This document shows, in pieces, positions 50,635-59,838 of a stretch of DNA of 64,000 nucleotides. A model generated the notes under the pieces. It was not told where the DNA came from. It ran no database searches and worked only from the letters and a program-made list of their open reading frames with translations. A program made the translations under genes and the position numbers. How positions within the stretch are numbered: position 1 is the first letter of the stretch; each line of letters starts with the position of its first letter. Source of the stretch: an uncultured cyanobacterium (GTDB lineage Bacteria > Cyanobacteriota > Cyanobacteriia > Cyanobacteriales > Nostocaceae); the NCBI GenBank assembly GCA_963706595.1, contig OY970166.1:1034117-1098116 (forward strand), written 5' to 3'.

Positions 50635-51936
50635 ATGCTACCTGATAGCACAGCTAAAGGTTCCGCATTCTTTAAGCCTAGCTCTCGCCAACTGATTATG
50701 TTGGCAGTAGCTACAAGTTTGGCGATCGCTGGTACAACAGGTTACAAATTTTGGCAATCACAAGCAACTCAAACGACTCCCACCACCCAGGTGAGCATAC
50801 CTGAGATTAAAACAGTGACAGCCTTGGGAAGATTAGAACCCAAAGGAACAGTAATTAAACTTTCCGCACCGTCATTGAGTCAAGGTAGCCGGGTAGAACA
50901 GCTATTAGTCAAGGAAGGAGATCAGGTTAAAGCTGGGGAGGCGATCGCAATTTTAGATAATCGCGATCGCTTACAAGCCGCATTACAAGAAGCCGAAGCT
51001 GGCGTGAAAATAGCACAGATAAATTTGGCAAAAATCCAGGAAGGTGCAAAAGTCGGCGAAATCCAAGCCCAAAAAGCCGAAATGGGGCGTATTCAAGCAC
51101 AGACTCTAGGAGATGAAAGGCAGCAAACAGAGACAGTCACCCGATTAGAGGTACAGTGGCAAGGAGAGAAAACAGCACAACAAGCCACAATTAACAAGCT
51201 AGAAGCAGAACTGAAAAATTCCGAAGTAGAATTTCAACGCTATCAGCAGTTGTACTCAGAAGGAGCAATTTCTCAGTCTTTATTTGACAGTAAGCGCCTG
51301 AGTGTAGATATCATCACCCAGCAGTTGAGTGAAGCCAGAGCTATTCTCAAACGCATTGATGGCACTGGTCGCCAGCAAATTACTGAAGCTCAGACAGTGC
51401 TAACTCGACTTCAAGCAACTGGCAATCAACAAGCTAATGTGGCATCTGCTACCTTAGACCGGATCGCCGAAGTCCGACCGATAGATGTCGCCGGCGCAAA
51501 AGCAGAAGTTACTCGTGCGATCGCAGTCACAAAACAGGCAAAGGCAAACTTAGCTCAGGCTTATGTCATATCGCCCCAAGACGGCGTGATCTTTGACATT
51601 CTGACCCGCCCAGGCGAAATGGTATCTAATGACGGCATTATCGAGATTGGGCAAACCAAGCAGATGTATGCAGTTGTCGAAATTTATCAAAGCGACGTGA
51701 GCAAAGTCCAACCACAGCAACGGGTGCGGATATCCAGTAATTCTCTATCAGGTGAATTAGTCGGAACAGTAGATTGGGTAGCCTCGAAAGTGCAACGGCA
51801 AAATATTATTAACAGTGACCCCACCGAAAATATTGACTCCAGAGTGGTGGAAGCTTATGTAAAACTTGATGCAGCATCCAGCCAAAAAGCCGCTAAATTT
51901 ACCAATTTACAAGTAAAGGCGGTGATTGAACTATGA
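50635..51936 (+). CDS. devB: ABC exporter membrane fusion protein, DevB/HlyD family
   Basis: N-terminal TM helix, a long coiled-coil hairpin and a beta-barrel. First gene of a devBCA-type triplet. The specific paralogue is not assignable. Confidence 0.8.
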   Translation: MLPDSTAKGSAFFKPSSRQLIMLAVATSLAIAGTTGYKFWQSQATQTTPTTQVSIPEIKTVTALGRLEPKGTVIKLSAPSLSQGSRVEQLLVKEGDQVKAGEAIAILDNRDRLQAALQEAEAGVKIAQINLAKIQEGAKVGEIQAQKAEMGRIQAQTLGDERQQTETVTRLEVQWQGEKTAQQATINKLEAELKNSEVEFQRYQQLYSEGAISQSLFDSKRLSVDIITQQLSEARAILKRIDGTGRQQITEAQTVLTRLQATGNQQANVASATLDRIAEVRPIDVAGAKAEVTRAIAVTKQAKANLAQAYVISPQDGVIFDILTRPGEMVSNDGIIEIGQTKQMYAVVEIYQSDVSKVQPQQRVRISSNSLSGELVGTVDWVASKVQRQNIINSDPTENIDSRVVEAYVKLDAASSQKAAKFTNLQVKAVIEL

Positions 51937-53114
51937 AAAATTTGATTAAAGAACTACAACGGCGAACACCACTAGGATGGCTACAACTCAGCCATCATAA
52001 AAGTCGTTTGGTTGTCGCTATAGCCGGTATTGCCTTTGCAGATGTCCTGATGTTTATGCAGCTAGGCTTTCAGAATGCCCTCTACGACAGCAACACTACC
52101 ATAAATCGGGCTGTGCTGGCAGACATTATATTAATGAGTCCGCAAAGTCGGAATATGCAAAGTATGTCTACCTTTTCACGGCGGCGATTATTGCAGGCTG
52201 CTGATGTTCCGGGTGTGCAATCAGCTACAGCCATGTATATCGGTTTAATCACTTGGAAGAATCCCCAAACACGCCGCAAAACCCCAGTCCAAGCCATTGG
52301 TGTCACTCATGAACAGCCTGTTTTAGACTTACCAGAACTAAATGCTCAATTAGACAAGATTAAACTACCTGATTCCTTTATTTTTGACCGTGGAGCCAGA
52401 GGTGAATACCAAGAGGTATTTCGCCAAATTGACGCAGGTAAAACCGTATCCACAGAAGTAGATAAACGTACCATTAACATTACTGGCGCATTTAAATTAG
52501 GCGCATCCTTTGGCGCTGACGGCACATTGATTTCTAACGATGACAATTTTTTACGGCTATTTCCCCGACGACAAGTAGGGAGTATCAGCCTGGGCTTGAT
52601 AGATATTGAACCAGGCTATGATTCCCAGCAGGTAGCAACAGCCTTAAAATTCCACCTCCAAAATAATGAAGATGTGAAAGTGCTAACACGGGAGGAATAT
52701 ATCAAATTTGAGGAAGACTACTGGAAAAGTGAAAGCCCCATTGGATTTATCTTCAGTTTGGGCGTAGCTATGGGATTTCTGGTAGGTGTGATTATTGTCT
52801 ATCAAGTTCTTTCTACTGACGTGAATGCCCATTTAAAAGAATACGCCACCTTCAAAGCCATGGGTTATCCCAATTCATACCTATTAGGGGTGATTTTTGA
52901 AGAAGCGATTATTTTAGCTTTCCTGGGTTTTATTCCCGGATTTGTTGTGCCTTTGGGACTTTACCACTTGGCTCGCAATGCGACAAATTTACCGATATAT
53001 ATGACTTTATTCAGGGGAGTGATTGTATTATTACTCACAATTATTATGTGTACTATTTCGGGAATTATCGCCACTCAGAGATTACAATCTGCGGACCCGG
53101 CGGATATGTTTTAG
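51933..53114 (+). CDS. devC: ABC exporter permease, DevC family (FtsX-like)
   Basis: 4-nt overlap with devB. MacB/FtsX topology with a large periplasmic loop. Confidence 0.8.
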   Translation: MKNLIKELQRRTPLGWLQLSHHKSRLVVAIAGIAFADVLMFMQLGFQNALYDSNTTINRAVLADIILMSPQSRNMQSMSTFSRRRLLQAADVPGVQSATAMYIGLITWKNPQTRRKTPVQAIGVTHEQPVLDLPELNAQLDKIKLPDSFIFDRGARGEYQEVFRQIDAGKTVSTEVDKRTINITGAFKLGASFGADGTLISNDDNFLRLFPRRQVGSISLGLIDIEPGYDSQQVATALKFHLQNNEDVKVLTREEYIKFEEDYWKSESPIGFIFSLGVAMGFLVGVIIVYQVLSTDVNAHLKEYATFKAMGYPNSYLLGVIFEEAIILAFLGFIPGFVVPLGLYHLARNATNLPIYMTLFRGVIVLLLTIIMCTISGIIATQRLQSADPADMF

Positions 53115-53232
53115 GGAATGGGGAGTGGGGAGTAGGGAGTGGGGAGTGGGGGGAAAGAAAAGAGGCAGGGGGGCAGGGAGCAGGGGGGAGAAGACGGTAA
53201 CTTCCTAATGACCAATGACTAATGACCAATGA
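53106..53232. repeat. STRR composite (GGGGAGT)n-(GCAGGGG)n-(AATGACY)n
   Basis: Fills the devC-devA spacer. It is the inverse of the composite at 8779-8907. Confidence 0.85.
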
Positions 53233-53930
53233 CTAATGTTATCTCTATTGAAAATCTAGATCATTACTTTGGTAGTGGTCAACTGAGTAAGCAGGTTTTA
53301 TTCAATATCAATCTGACAATTAATGCTGGTGAGATTGTGATTATGACAGGTCCTTCTGGTTCTGGTAAAACGACACTGCTAACTTTAGTGGGAGGGTTGC
53401 GTTCTGTCCAGTCTGGTAGTATGCGAGTTTTAGACAGAGAACTTTCTGGTGCTAGTAGCAAAGATTTAACAAAAGCCCGGCGAAGTAACGGTTATATCTT
53501 TCAAGCGCACAACTTGCATGGTAGTTTAACAGCACTTCAGAATGTGCGGATGGGTTTGGAAGTGCAACCGCAAATTTCGCCCCAAGAAATGCTTCACCAA
53601 TCACAAGAAATGCTCAAAGCAGTGGGTTTGGGCGAACGACTCAATTACTATCCCGATAATTTGTCTGGTGGACAAAAACAACGGGTTGCGATCGCACGAG
53701 CGTTGGTAAGTCAGCCTAAAATTGTCTTAGCAGATGAACCCACCGCCGCACTGGATAAACAATCGGGGCGCGATGTGGTGGAAATTATGCAAAAATTAGC
53801 CAAAGAGCAAGGCTGTACAATTTTGCTCGTCACCCACGATAACCGCATTTTAGATATCGCTGACCGGATTATTTATATGGAAGATGGTCATCTCGTCAGA
53901 AATGATGTCAATACTCTCAGTAGTGCTTAA
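53229..53930 (+). CDS. devA: ABC exporter ATP-binding protein, DevA family
   Basis: Walker A GPSGSGKTT, signature LSGGQKQR and Walker B LADEPT. Confidence 0.85.
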   Translation: MTNVISIENLDHYFGSGQLSKQVLFNINLTINAGEIVIMTGPSGSGKTTLLTLVGGLRSVQSGSMRVLDRELSGASSKDLTKARRSNGYIFQAHNLHGSLTALQNVRMGLEVQPQISPQEMLHQSQEMLKAVGLGERLNYYPDNLSGGQKQRVAIARALVSQPKIVLADEPTAALDKQSGRDVVEIMQKLAKEQGCTILLVTHDNRILDIADRIIYMEDGHLVRNDVNTLSSA

Positions 53931-53969
53931 TGCTGAGTGGAAGGTTTGTTCTCAGCACTCAGCACTGGT

Positions 53970-54926
53970 TTAACCAGCCCAAATTTTATCCAAAACGGTT
54001 TGGGGTGAAATATCCGCCATTTCACCTGTTGGTGATTTAATCGCCAGAAATTTATCGCTTTTTGGCAACAACTGCGCTGGATCTGTGGGTCCAAATAGAG
54101 CGATAGTATAAGTTTGCACTGCCACACTGAGGTGAAGTAGTGGATCATCAGTTGATAACATCAAACTCGCGCCGCCAATCATGGCAGCTATTTTGCCAAT
54201 ATTATCAGGAGAAGTCACTTTAATACCTGGAGTTCTTTCCAGAAGCGATCGCCTAATTTCCTCATTTTCAGATCCTTGAATTACCACCACAGGCAAATCT
54301 GGCTGCTTTTGCTGACATTCCTGAATAATTTGCTGCCAATTTTTCACAGGGTAGAGTTTATCCACACCTGTGGGAGATACCTCACTAGAACCAGCATTAA
54401 TCAATATGTAGCCTGTTTCATTTACCCCCAAGCGTTTTTGTTCATTTTGTGACCACTCAATGTCTGGTTTCGGTACATTCACTGCTAACTCTGGGCAAGG
54501 GGTTTTAATTCCAAACGGTTGCAGCAAATCGTGGTAAACTGCCGCCACGTACTTGTTTGGTTGGTATGGTACAGAATCAGTGAGAAAACCTGCTCCTTTA
54601 CCTTGGTAGCCAACGCGGGTAGGAATTCCCGTTAACCAGAGCAAAAGACCCATTAACCAGCTTTGTCCCACAGTGATGACGGCATCATACTCGCGATCGC
54701 GAATCGTGCCAACCAGATTGCTCCAATCCGCCAGACTGTTGCGGTCTTGATAATCAAAGGCCAGAACATCATTAACTGACTTGCTCACCCGATAGGCAGC
54801 CTTTGACCGGGGTTCCACAACGACATCTAACTGAGCGTTAGGGTAGGAACGCTTCAGATCATCTAGTGTCGGGAAGAAAAGAATTTGGTCACCAATTCCA
54901 CCAGGAACAAGGGCTACTACTCGCAT
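53970..54926 (-). CDS. glycosyltransferase family 9 (heptosyltransferase-like)
   Basis: MRVVALVPGGIGDQILFFPTL N-terminus and GT-B layout. Confidence 0.75.
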   Translation of the reverse strand: MRVVALVPGGIGDQILFFPTLDDLKRSYPNAQLDVVVEPRSKAAYRVSKSVNDVLAFDYQDRNSLADWSNLVGTIRDREYDAVITVGQSWLMGLLLWLTGIPTRVGYQGKGAGFLTDSVPYQPNKYVAAVYHDLLQPFGIKTPCPELAVNVPKPDIEWSQNEQKRLGVNETGYILINAGSSEVSPTGVDKLYPVKNWQQIIQECQQKQPDLPVVVIQGSENEEIRRSLLERTPGIKVTSPDNIGKIAAMIGGASLMLSTDDPLLHLSVAVQTYTIALFGPTDPAQLLPKSDKFLAIKSPTGEMADISPQTVLDKIWAG

Positions 54927-54980
54927 AATATTTATTGACGCGTACTCGCTCTTAATTTTAGGTGAATATAGTCAATCAAT

Positions 54981-55137
54981 TTTGGATTTAAGATTTAAGA
55001 TTTTAGATTTAAGATTGACCCCCATATTCAATTTTAGATTTAAGATTTAGGATTTTAGATTGACCGCCTGATCAAGTAGCACAACAAAATTCCGGCTCCC
55101 TCTCCTTACTAAGGAGAGGGTTGGGGTGAGGTTCTAT
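54981..55137 (+). repeat. composite repeat (heptamers + GATTGACCCCCATATTCA + family B hairpin), left arm flanking ispD
   Basis: The core 55081-55137 is the inverse of 55859-55915 with 2 mismatches. The outer part also matches but has a ~46-bp internal duplication. Confidence 0.85.
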
Positions 55138-55175
55138 ATTATTGGTTATTAGTCGTTAATGTCTTGAGGTTTTCT

Positions 55176-55856
55176 GTGTATTTACTCATTCCATCGGCGG
55201 GTATTGGCAAAAGAATGGGAGGAACCCGGAATAAACTCCTCCTGGAAGTGCGATCGCAAGCAATCATTGCTTGGACGCTCAAAGCGGCAGCAGCAGCCAG
55301 TAAAATCAAGTGGATCGGGATTATTTCTCAACCTTGTGATTGGCCTGAATTTAAAGAAATTATCGCTGATTTAAATCTGACTAAACCAGTGGAGTTTATT
55401 GTCGGGGGGGACACCCGTCAAGAATCGGTTTACAACGGCTTGCAGGCGCTCCCAGCCACCGCAGAACAAGTATTAATTCACGATGGCGCTCGATGTTTAG
55501 CCACACCAGATTTACTCGACTCCTGCGCCGAAGCTATCCGCCAATGTTCTGGTTTAATTGCGGCTGTACCCGTGAAAGATACAATCAAAGTTGTGGATGA
55601 GCATGGCATTATTCTAAGCACACCCGACCGACGGCAATTATGGGCAGCACAAACACCCCAAGGGTTTAATGTCAAGTTATTGAAAGAATGTCATGCCCAA
55701 GGTGTGCGTCAGGGTTGGGAAGTTACCGATGATGCGGCTTTATTTGAAAAATGCGGTATTGAAGTCCAAATTGTCCCCGGAGAAGAGACTAATTTAAAAA
55801 TTACCACTCCTCAAGATTTAGCGATCGCTGAATTTATCCTCAGTAACAGAGAATAG
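55176..55856 (+). CDS. ispD: 2-C-methyl-D-erythritol 4-phosphate cytidylyltransferase
   Basis: LLIPSAGIGKRMG...VLIHDGARC. Start uncertain: GTG at 55176 or TTG at 55164. Confidence 0.9.
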   Translation: MYLLIPSAGIGKRMGGTRNKLLLEVRSQAIIAWTLKAAAAASKIKWIGIISQPCDWPEFKEIIADLNLTKPVEFIVGGDTRQESVYNGLQALPATAEQVLIHDGARCLATPDLLDSCAEAIRQCSGLIAAVPVKDTIKVVDEHGIILSTPDRRQLWAAQTPQGFNVKLLKECHAQGVRQGWEVTDDAALFEKCGIEVQIVPGEETNLKITTPQDLAIAEFILSNRE

Positions 55857-55858
55857 GG

Positions 55859-55972
55859 ATAGAACCTCACCCCAACCCTCTCCTTGCTAAGGAGAGGGAG
55901 CCGGAATTTTGTTGTCCTACTGAATATGGGGGTCAATCCAAAATCTAAAATCTAAAATCTAAAATCTAAAAT
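55859..55972 (-). repeat. composite repeat, right arm flanking ispD (inverted)
   Basis: ATAGAACCTCACCCCAACCCTCTCCTTGCTAAGGAGAGGGAGCCGGAATTTTGTTGT, then CCTACTGAATATGGGGGTCAATC, then (CAAAATC/TAAAATC)n. Confidence 0.85.
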
Positions 55973-55975
55973 TGT

Positions 55976-56515
55976 ATGACTACAGCAACAAAGATAGAAG
56001 CGATTCTGTATTTAAAAGGTAAGCCCTTGTCCCTGAGCGAAATCGCCGAGTATGCAGGGTGCGATCGCGCCACAGTCGAAGAAGGCATAATGGAACTAAT
56101 GGATAATTATGCTCATAGAGAAACTGCTTTAGAAGTCGTAGAAACTCCCACTGGTTATAGTTTGCAACTGCGGTCTGATTTTCATGACTTGGTACAAACG
56201 CTGATTCCTGTAGAATTAGGCTTGGGAGCATTAAGGACATTAGCTGCGATCGCACTGCATAATCCCATACTCCAAACTGATTTAATTGAACTGCGTGGTT
56301 CAGGAGTCTATCAACACGTCCCGGAACTGGTCGAACTTGGTTTTGTGCGGAAACGTCGAGACAATGAGTCTCGCTCCTACTCGCTACAAGTCACACCGAA
56401 ATTTCATCAGTATTTTCAACTTGAACAACTGCCCCAAATCCTAGAATACAGCCACAAAGAAGAACAACTAGAATTAGACCTCACACCCAAAGAAGAAGTA
56501 AAACCTGCTAGTTAA
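55976..56515 (+). CDS. scpB: SMC-Scp complex subunit ScpB
   Basis: IEAILYLKGKPLSLSEIA winged-helix pair typical of ScpB. Confidence 0.85.
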   Translation: MTTATKIEAILYLKGKPLSLSEIAEYAGCDRATVEEGIMELMDNYAHRETALEVVETPTGYSLQLRSDFHDLVQTLIPVELGLGALRTLAAIALHNPILQTDLIELRGSGVYQHVPELVELGFVRKRRDNESRSYSLQVTPKFHQYFQLEQLPQILEYSHKEEQLELDLTPKEEVKPAS

Positions 56516-56672
56516 ACAAAATCTCATCCACAAAAGTTTTTTAGGCAAAATTTCTCTGTTGTAGACATAGACAGGGCTTTCCTAGATTAAAGTCCAACCT
56601 ATACCAATAGAGAATGCAATAGGCTTGTACTATGGTTTAGAGTAGAATCAGCAACTAAGCTAAAATTTGCCA

Positions 56673-57020
56673 ATGGTGTTTGACCCTGACTTTTTGAATG
56701 ATAACTCCGAGGAAAATCCCAATCAGCTTCTGAACGACCATTTTGAGGAAAATCCGAATCAGTTACTCAAATATTTACAGCATCAGCCTCCTGAAGTTCT
56801 AGCCCGTGTCGCCCAGTCCGTCAGCCCGGAAATTAAGCATATAATTTCGCAAAACGTCCAAGGGCTAGTGGGAATGCTTCCCGCAGAGAATTTCAACGTG
56901 CAGATTACCACAGATAGGGATAACTTAGCTGGGCTTCTAGCATCGGCGATGATGACAGGATACTTCCTCCGCCAGATGGAACAAAGAATGCAGTTGGAGC
57001 ATTTGTCTAATAATCAATAG
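56673..57020 (+). CDS. DUF760 domain protein
   Basis: LLKYLQ...PEVL...SPEI...I..NVQGLVGMLP...AMMTGYFLRQ pattern. The N-terminus has a 36-nt tandem duplication. Confidence 0.6.
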   Translation: MVFDPDFLNDNSEENPNQLLNDHFEENPNQLLKYLQHQPPEVLARVAQSVSPEIKHIISQNVQGLVGMLPAENFNVQITTDRDNLAGLLASAMMTGYFLRQMEQRMQLEHLSNNQ

Positions 57021-57032
57021 TCAACAGCACAA

Positions 57033-58247
57033 CTACTTTTTGTCAGGATAGGAGCCTGATTGCACTTTCAAAGTTTGGACTTTACCATTGCGGTTAACTT
57101 CAATTTCCAGGATATCCCCAACCGTGCTAGACTCTACCAGCTTCTGGACTAGGGCTGCGATTTTGACTGGTTTACCGTTGATTTTTTGAATCACGTCTCC
57201 AGGAAGCAGCCCCGATTCTTCTGCTGGTGAATTTTCCATGACTCCCAAAATCACAACACCCGTTTTCGGCTGAATGTTGAGATTTTTTGCTTGATTCATC
57301 TCTCGTCTTTTAGTGGGAGATAAATCTGTCATTTGAATCCCCAAAAAAGGATGTTCTGCGCGTCCTTTGGTAAATAGTTCATTAGCAATACGAGCAGCCG
57401 TTTCAATCGGAATAGCAAAGCCCAAGCCTTGAGCATCGGCGCGGATAGCAGTGTTAATCCCAATAACTTCACCTTGGGCGTTTAACAAAGGACCGCCAGA
57501 GTTACCAGGATTAATTGCTGCATCAGTTTGAATAAAACTGACTCGCTTATCTGGGACACCAACTTGAGCGCTGGTGCGACCAGTAGCGCTAATAATACCG
57601 ATAGTGACAGTATTATCTAAACCTAAAGGATTGCCAATAGCGATCGCCCATTGTCCGGGAATTAAATTTTGCGAATTGCCTAACTTCACTACGGGCAATT
57701 TATTTTCGGAAATTTTCACCACGGCGACATCGGTAATCGGATCAACTCCCACCACTCTCCCCTTAAAAGTCCGACCATCTTTGAGAGTGACTTGTACAGT
57801 ATCTGTATCCGCCACCACATGGGCATTAGTCAGCAATAGACCATTTTCCCTCAAAATAAATCCTGACCCCGTACCACGCTCAATTCGTTCTCTAGGAATG
57901 GGTTGCTCATCATCCCCAAAAAAGCGCCGCAAGAGGGGATTTTTCAAAGCGTCTGAAATGGGATTGGGAACCTTGCGGGTAGCATTAATGCGTACTACTG
58001 CCGGGCCGACTTTCTGCACTGCTGAAGCAATAAAATTCAGGTTATCACCCCCAGTAGCGCCAATAGCTCCGCCCACAGGATTAGGAACCACAGAGTCTGG
58101 AGAAGATGACACCGTAACATTTCTTAATTCTTTAAATGAGCGATTGTATGGCAAAAGATAATGACTGCCCAGCACACCTGCACCACTACCAATCGCCAGT
58201 AGAGATAGATAAATAGCTAATTGCTTTAAGGGTAAGTTCATAATCAT
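57033..58247 (-). CDS. HtrA/Deg family serine protease with a PDZ domain (HhoA/HhoB/HtrA type)
   Basis: Catalytic triad context TNAHV, D..VV and GNSGGPL. C-terminal PDZ domain. N-terminal TM helix. Confidence 0.88.
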   Translation of the reverse strand: MIMNLPLKQLAIYLSLLAIGSGAGVLGSHYLLPYNRSFKELRNVTVSSSPDSVVPNPVGGAIGATGGDNLNFIASAVQKVGPAVVRINATRKVPNPISDALKNPLLRRFFGDDEQPIPRERIERGTGSGFILRENGLLLTNAHVVADTDTVQVTLKDGRTFKGRVVGVDPITDVAVVKISENKLPVVKLGNSQNLIPGQWAIAIGNPLGLDNTVTIGIISATGRTSAQVGVPDKRVSFIQTDAAINPGNSGGPLLNAQGEVIGINTAIRADAQGLGFAIPIETAARIANELFTKGRAEHPFLGIQMTDLSPTKRREMNQAKNLNIQPKTGVVILGVMENSPAEESGLLPGDVIQKINGKPVKIAALVQKLVESSTVGDILEIEVNRNGKVQTLKVQSGSYPDKK

Positions 58248-58380
58248 CAGGTTTAGACAGCAGTGCAGTTGCTAATTCCTAAGTGTAGTCAAGCCAACGG
58301 CGAGTGAACAGATAAATTTACATAAAACTAGACAATATTTTTGGTAAAAACGGGGATCAGAGTCCAGACAAAGGTAGAAA

Positions 58381-58852
58381 GGAGAAGAGGCAGGGGAGCA
58401 GGGCGCACCGGAGTAAGGGGGGGGGGTTAAGAGGCAGGGGTGCAGGGAGCAGGGGGCAAGGGGGAGTAAGAAATTACTTTAAACTTCCAGGACTTACTTA
58501 AACAAAATTTGTCATTGCGACCGGAACGCAGAGTAGGGAAGCAATCCCAGAGTTTTAGGCGATTACGTCGCTATCGCTTGTAATGACTAATTACGTTAAT
58601 TTTGCGTAAGTCCTAACTTCCGGTTACTTAACAACCATTCCTCTTCTCCCCTGCACCCTGCCCCCTGCCCCCCTGCCTCTTCTCCCCCCTGCACCCTGCC
58701 CCCTGCCCCCCTGCCTCTTCTCCCCTGCACCCTGCCCCCTGCCCCCCTGCCTCTTCTCTCCCCTGCACCCTGCACCCTGCCCCCCTGCCTCTTCTCCCCT
58801 GCACCCTGCCCCCTGCCCCCGTTCCTCTTCTCCCCTGCCTCTTAACTCCCCA
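58381..58852. repeat. family P G/C-rich palindromic element with expanded C-rich arm and nested MITEs
   Basis: G-rich arm at 58381-58468. Nested MITE at 58489-58614 (TIR AGGACTTAC/GTAAGTCCT, 7-bp duplication AACTTCC), itself carrying a GTCATTGCGA...TAATGAC unit. The C-rich arm at 58637-58852 is a ~37-bp unit repeated about 5 times. Confidence 0.8.
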
Positions 58853-58906
58853 CAAATCGATTCGCCAACTAAAATCTAAAGTTAGCGCTCTGTTGACTTT
58901 TGATAT

Positions 58907-59785
58907 ATGAATTTTCCCTATCGTCTACTTTTGCTCTGTAGCCTAGTTGGTACTGTCGGGTTAACATCCACACCCCTGAACTCGAACAGCGCCCATGCAG
59001 CCCCTAGTTGTCCAACTCCGGCGTTATCTCGCTTCCAGCGCCATCAAGTTAATCGTGGCGAAACTTTGGAGAGCATAGCACAGCGTTACAATCTCACGCC
59101 TACAACGCTAATCAATATGAATCCTGCTGTCAGAAACGGTAGCGTGACTGTTGGTAGCGAGCTACAAATTCCTCCCTTTAATGGGTTTGTGGTAGAAGTG
59201 CCTCGTGGACAAACTTGGCGAGATATGGCAAAAAAATATGAAGTTCGTGCTGATACGCTGTTTGAAATCAATGGTTGTCAACAAAATCTCAGGGTTGCTT
59301 TTATTCCAGTAGGAAATGTCTCTCCCAGTCGCCCCATAACTGCGTCTCCCGCCCCTGCTGATAGTCAGCCTATATCCATTTCTGGCTATCCTTTGCAGAA
59401 AATGGCCTCTGTGTTACTTCCTTATGGCTGGCAGATTAATCCTACTACTGGTGCGGTGTTTTTCCATAGTGGTGTAGATTTGTTGGCTGCTGTGGGTAAT
59501 CCTGTACAAGCGATCGCACCTGGAACTATAGTCTTTGCTAATGACCAAGGGACTTATGGCCAGTTGGTGATTATTAATCATGCTGGCAATCTGCAAAGCC
59601 GTTACGCCCATCTGGGGGAAATTAAGGTTTCTGTAGGTCAAAAAGTGAATGCAGGTGACTTACTAGGAACTGTAGGCACGACTGGAGAGCCTACCGGAGG
59701 TCGGACACACCTCCATTTTGAAATGCGTTCTAGCTCTGATTTGGGTTGGGTGGCTGAAGATCCTAAAGGTTATTTACAGCAGTGA
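58907..59785 (+). CDS. LysM domain-containing M23 family metallopeptidase
   Basis: Signal peptide, a LysM domain (HQVNRGETLESIAQRYN) and M23 motifs (HSGVD...HLHFE). Confidence 0.88.
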   Translation: MNFPYRLLLLCSLVGTVGLTSTPLNSNSAHAAPSCPTPALSRFQRHQVNRGETLESIAQRYNLTPTTLINMNPAVRNGSVTVGSELQIPPFNGFVVEVPRGQTWRDMAKKYEVRADTLFEINGCQQNLRVAFIPVGNVSPSRPITASPAPADSQPISISGYPLQKMASVLLPYGWQINPTTGAVFFHSGVDLLAAVGNPVQAIAPGTIVFANDQGTYGQLVIINHAGNLQSRYAHLGEIKVSVGQKVNAGDLLGTVGTTGEPTGGRTHLHFEMRSSSDLGWVAEDPKGYLQQ

Positions 59786-59838
59786 GGATTTTAACGCAAA
59801 GGGGCGCAGAGGTGAGCGCAAAGGTACGCGGAGGAATT

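Noticed and set aside
50635-53930. Assigning this triplet as the heterocyst glycolipid exporter devBCA itself.
   Set aside because: Heterocystous cyanobacteria carry several devBCA paralogues. Family membership is clear, but the specific paralogue cannot be determined from this window.
58637-58852. The ~37-bp C-rich repeats as a CRISPR array, and the 75-aa Gly/Arg-rich ORF 58628..58855 as a gene.
   Set aside because: There are no spacers between units. The ORF is open only because of the low-complexity repeat, and the same applies to ORFs 62412..62795, 42022..42321, 53023..53208 and 49415..49642.
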